Part shown: piece by piece, positions 63,485 through 64,000 of the stretch
Position numbering within the stretch: position 1 is the stretch's first letter
Layout: each line of letters starts with the position of its first letter
From: Phoronis australis
Taxonomy: Eukaryota; Animalia; Phoronida
Assembly: GCA_002633005.1 (NCBI GenBank)
Contig: NMRA01000231.1
Span: forward strand, 144,473-208,472
Length of the DNA: 64,000 nucleotides
Direction: 5' to 3'
Made by a program: the position numbers and the translations under genes
Notes under the pieces: model-generated
What the model was told of the DNA's origin: nothing
The model's input: the letters and a program-made list of their open reading frames with translations, nothing else
Database searches by the model: none

Positions 63485-63616
63485 CAGGGCAGATCCAGAA
63501 TTTTGAGTTGTGAGACAAGGCAGAGTATTAGCCAGGATTTTGCCCGTCCGACATTCGCACCAACGAACTGCCAAATGGTTAGGGAGAGGGCTTGGCCCCC
63601 TCTAAATACGCCATTG
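63485..63616. mobile_element. Short GC-rich MITE remnant with 5-bp TSD
   Basis: cagggcagatcc ... aaatacgccattg, flanked by tagat on both sides. Confidence 0.55.
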
Positions 63617-63957
63617 TAGATCTCTGGTAGGGTCCGTATCGAATTTACTCACGGCGAAAAGTTTCGAAGTCTATTCATCCGTGTAAAACGCCGTAACAGC
63701 TACGTTTCGTACTAAATCTGACAACGGTAAACTTACCAAACTCCGTCATTGGTGGAAAAACATATTTATTTTTCACGTAAGATATCCTGATTATTCGAGT
63801 CCACTAACAATATCCCCAACAATAAATCGCTGCAGCACTGGTGACCACTGGTGGGTACCATTGCTTGCTCACGAGGTCCCGATACATACGATTGTAACTC
63901 AGAAATGTCGTCAAAGAACGATGTATGTGAATGTACGTCTCGTTTTTGGCTGTTATA

Positions 63958-64000
63958 CATGCGCGCACCCGGCGGGGGGCTGGGGGGGGGGGGGGGGCGA
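63958..64000 (+). mobile_element. Left end of a second CATGCGCGCACCC-family MITE, cut by the window edge
   Basis: catgcgcgcaccc + G-rich tract, identical to the TIR at 51252. Confidence 0.75.

Overview
This is AT-rich, intron-containing animal genomic DNA, probably from an invertebrate bilaterian; the taxon cannot be fixed from the sequence. There are two N-gaps. Four protein-coding genes are supported. (1) An FBXO30/FBXO40-like F-box gene on the - strand: large coding exon 188..1570, last exon off the left edge. (2) A complete gamma-secretase subunit APH1 gene on the + strand: 6 coding exons, 14592..24150, 256 aa, head-to-head with the F-box gene across a probable bidirectional promoter at ~13.1-13.4 kb. 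(3) A class II POU (Oct-1/POU2F/nubbin-type) gene on the - strand: 7 exons that I spliced by hand, 54174..29085, 559 aa, convergent with APH1. (4) An intronless, highly divergent 7TM/GPCR-like ORF on the - strand, 61557..62546. The rest contains many non-autonomous DNA transposons (MITEs, foldbacks), a HINE/pearl-like element, a solo LTR, two decayed LINE fragments, tRNA-derived remnants and mini/microsatellites. The most notable signals are: a ~143-bp-period array of 9 to 11 co-oriented CTCF-like motifs inside the HINE-like element in the last APH1 intron; a 666-bp near-perfect hairpin in POU2 intron 1; and a triplicated IPQNLIFS peptide plus PxNL/PxDL motifs in the POU2 protein. No CRISPR array, rRNA or intact tRNA was found. 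All alignments and counts were done by eye.
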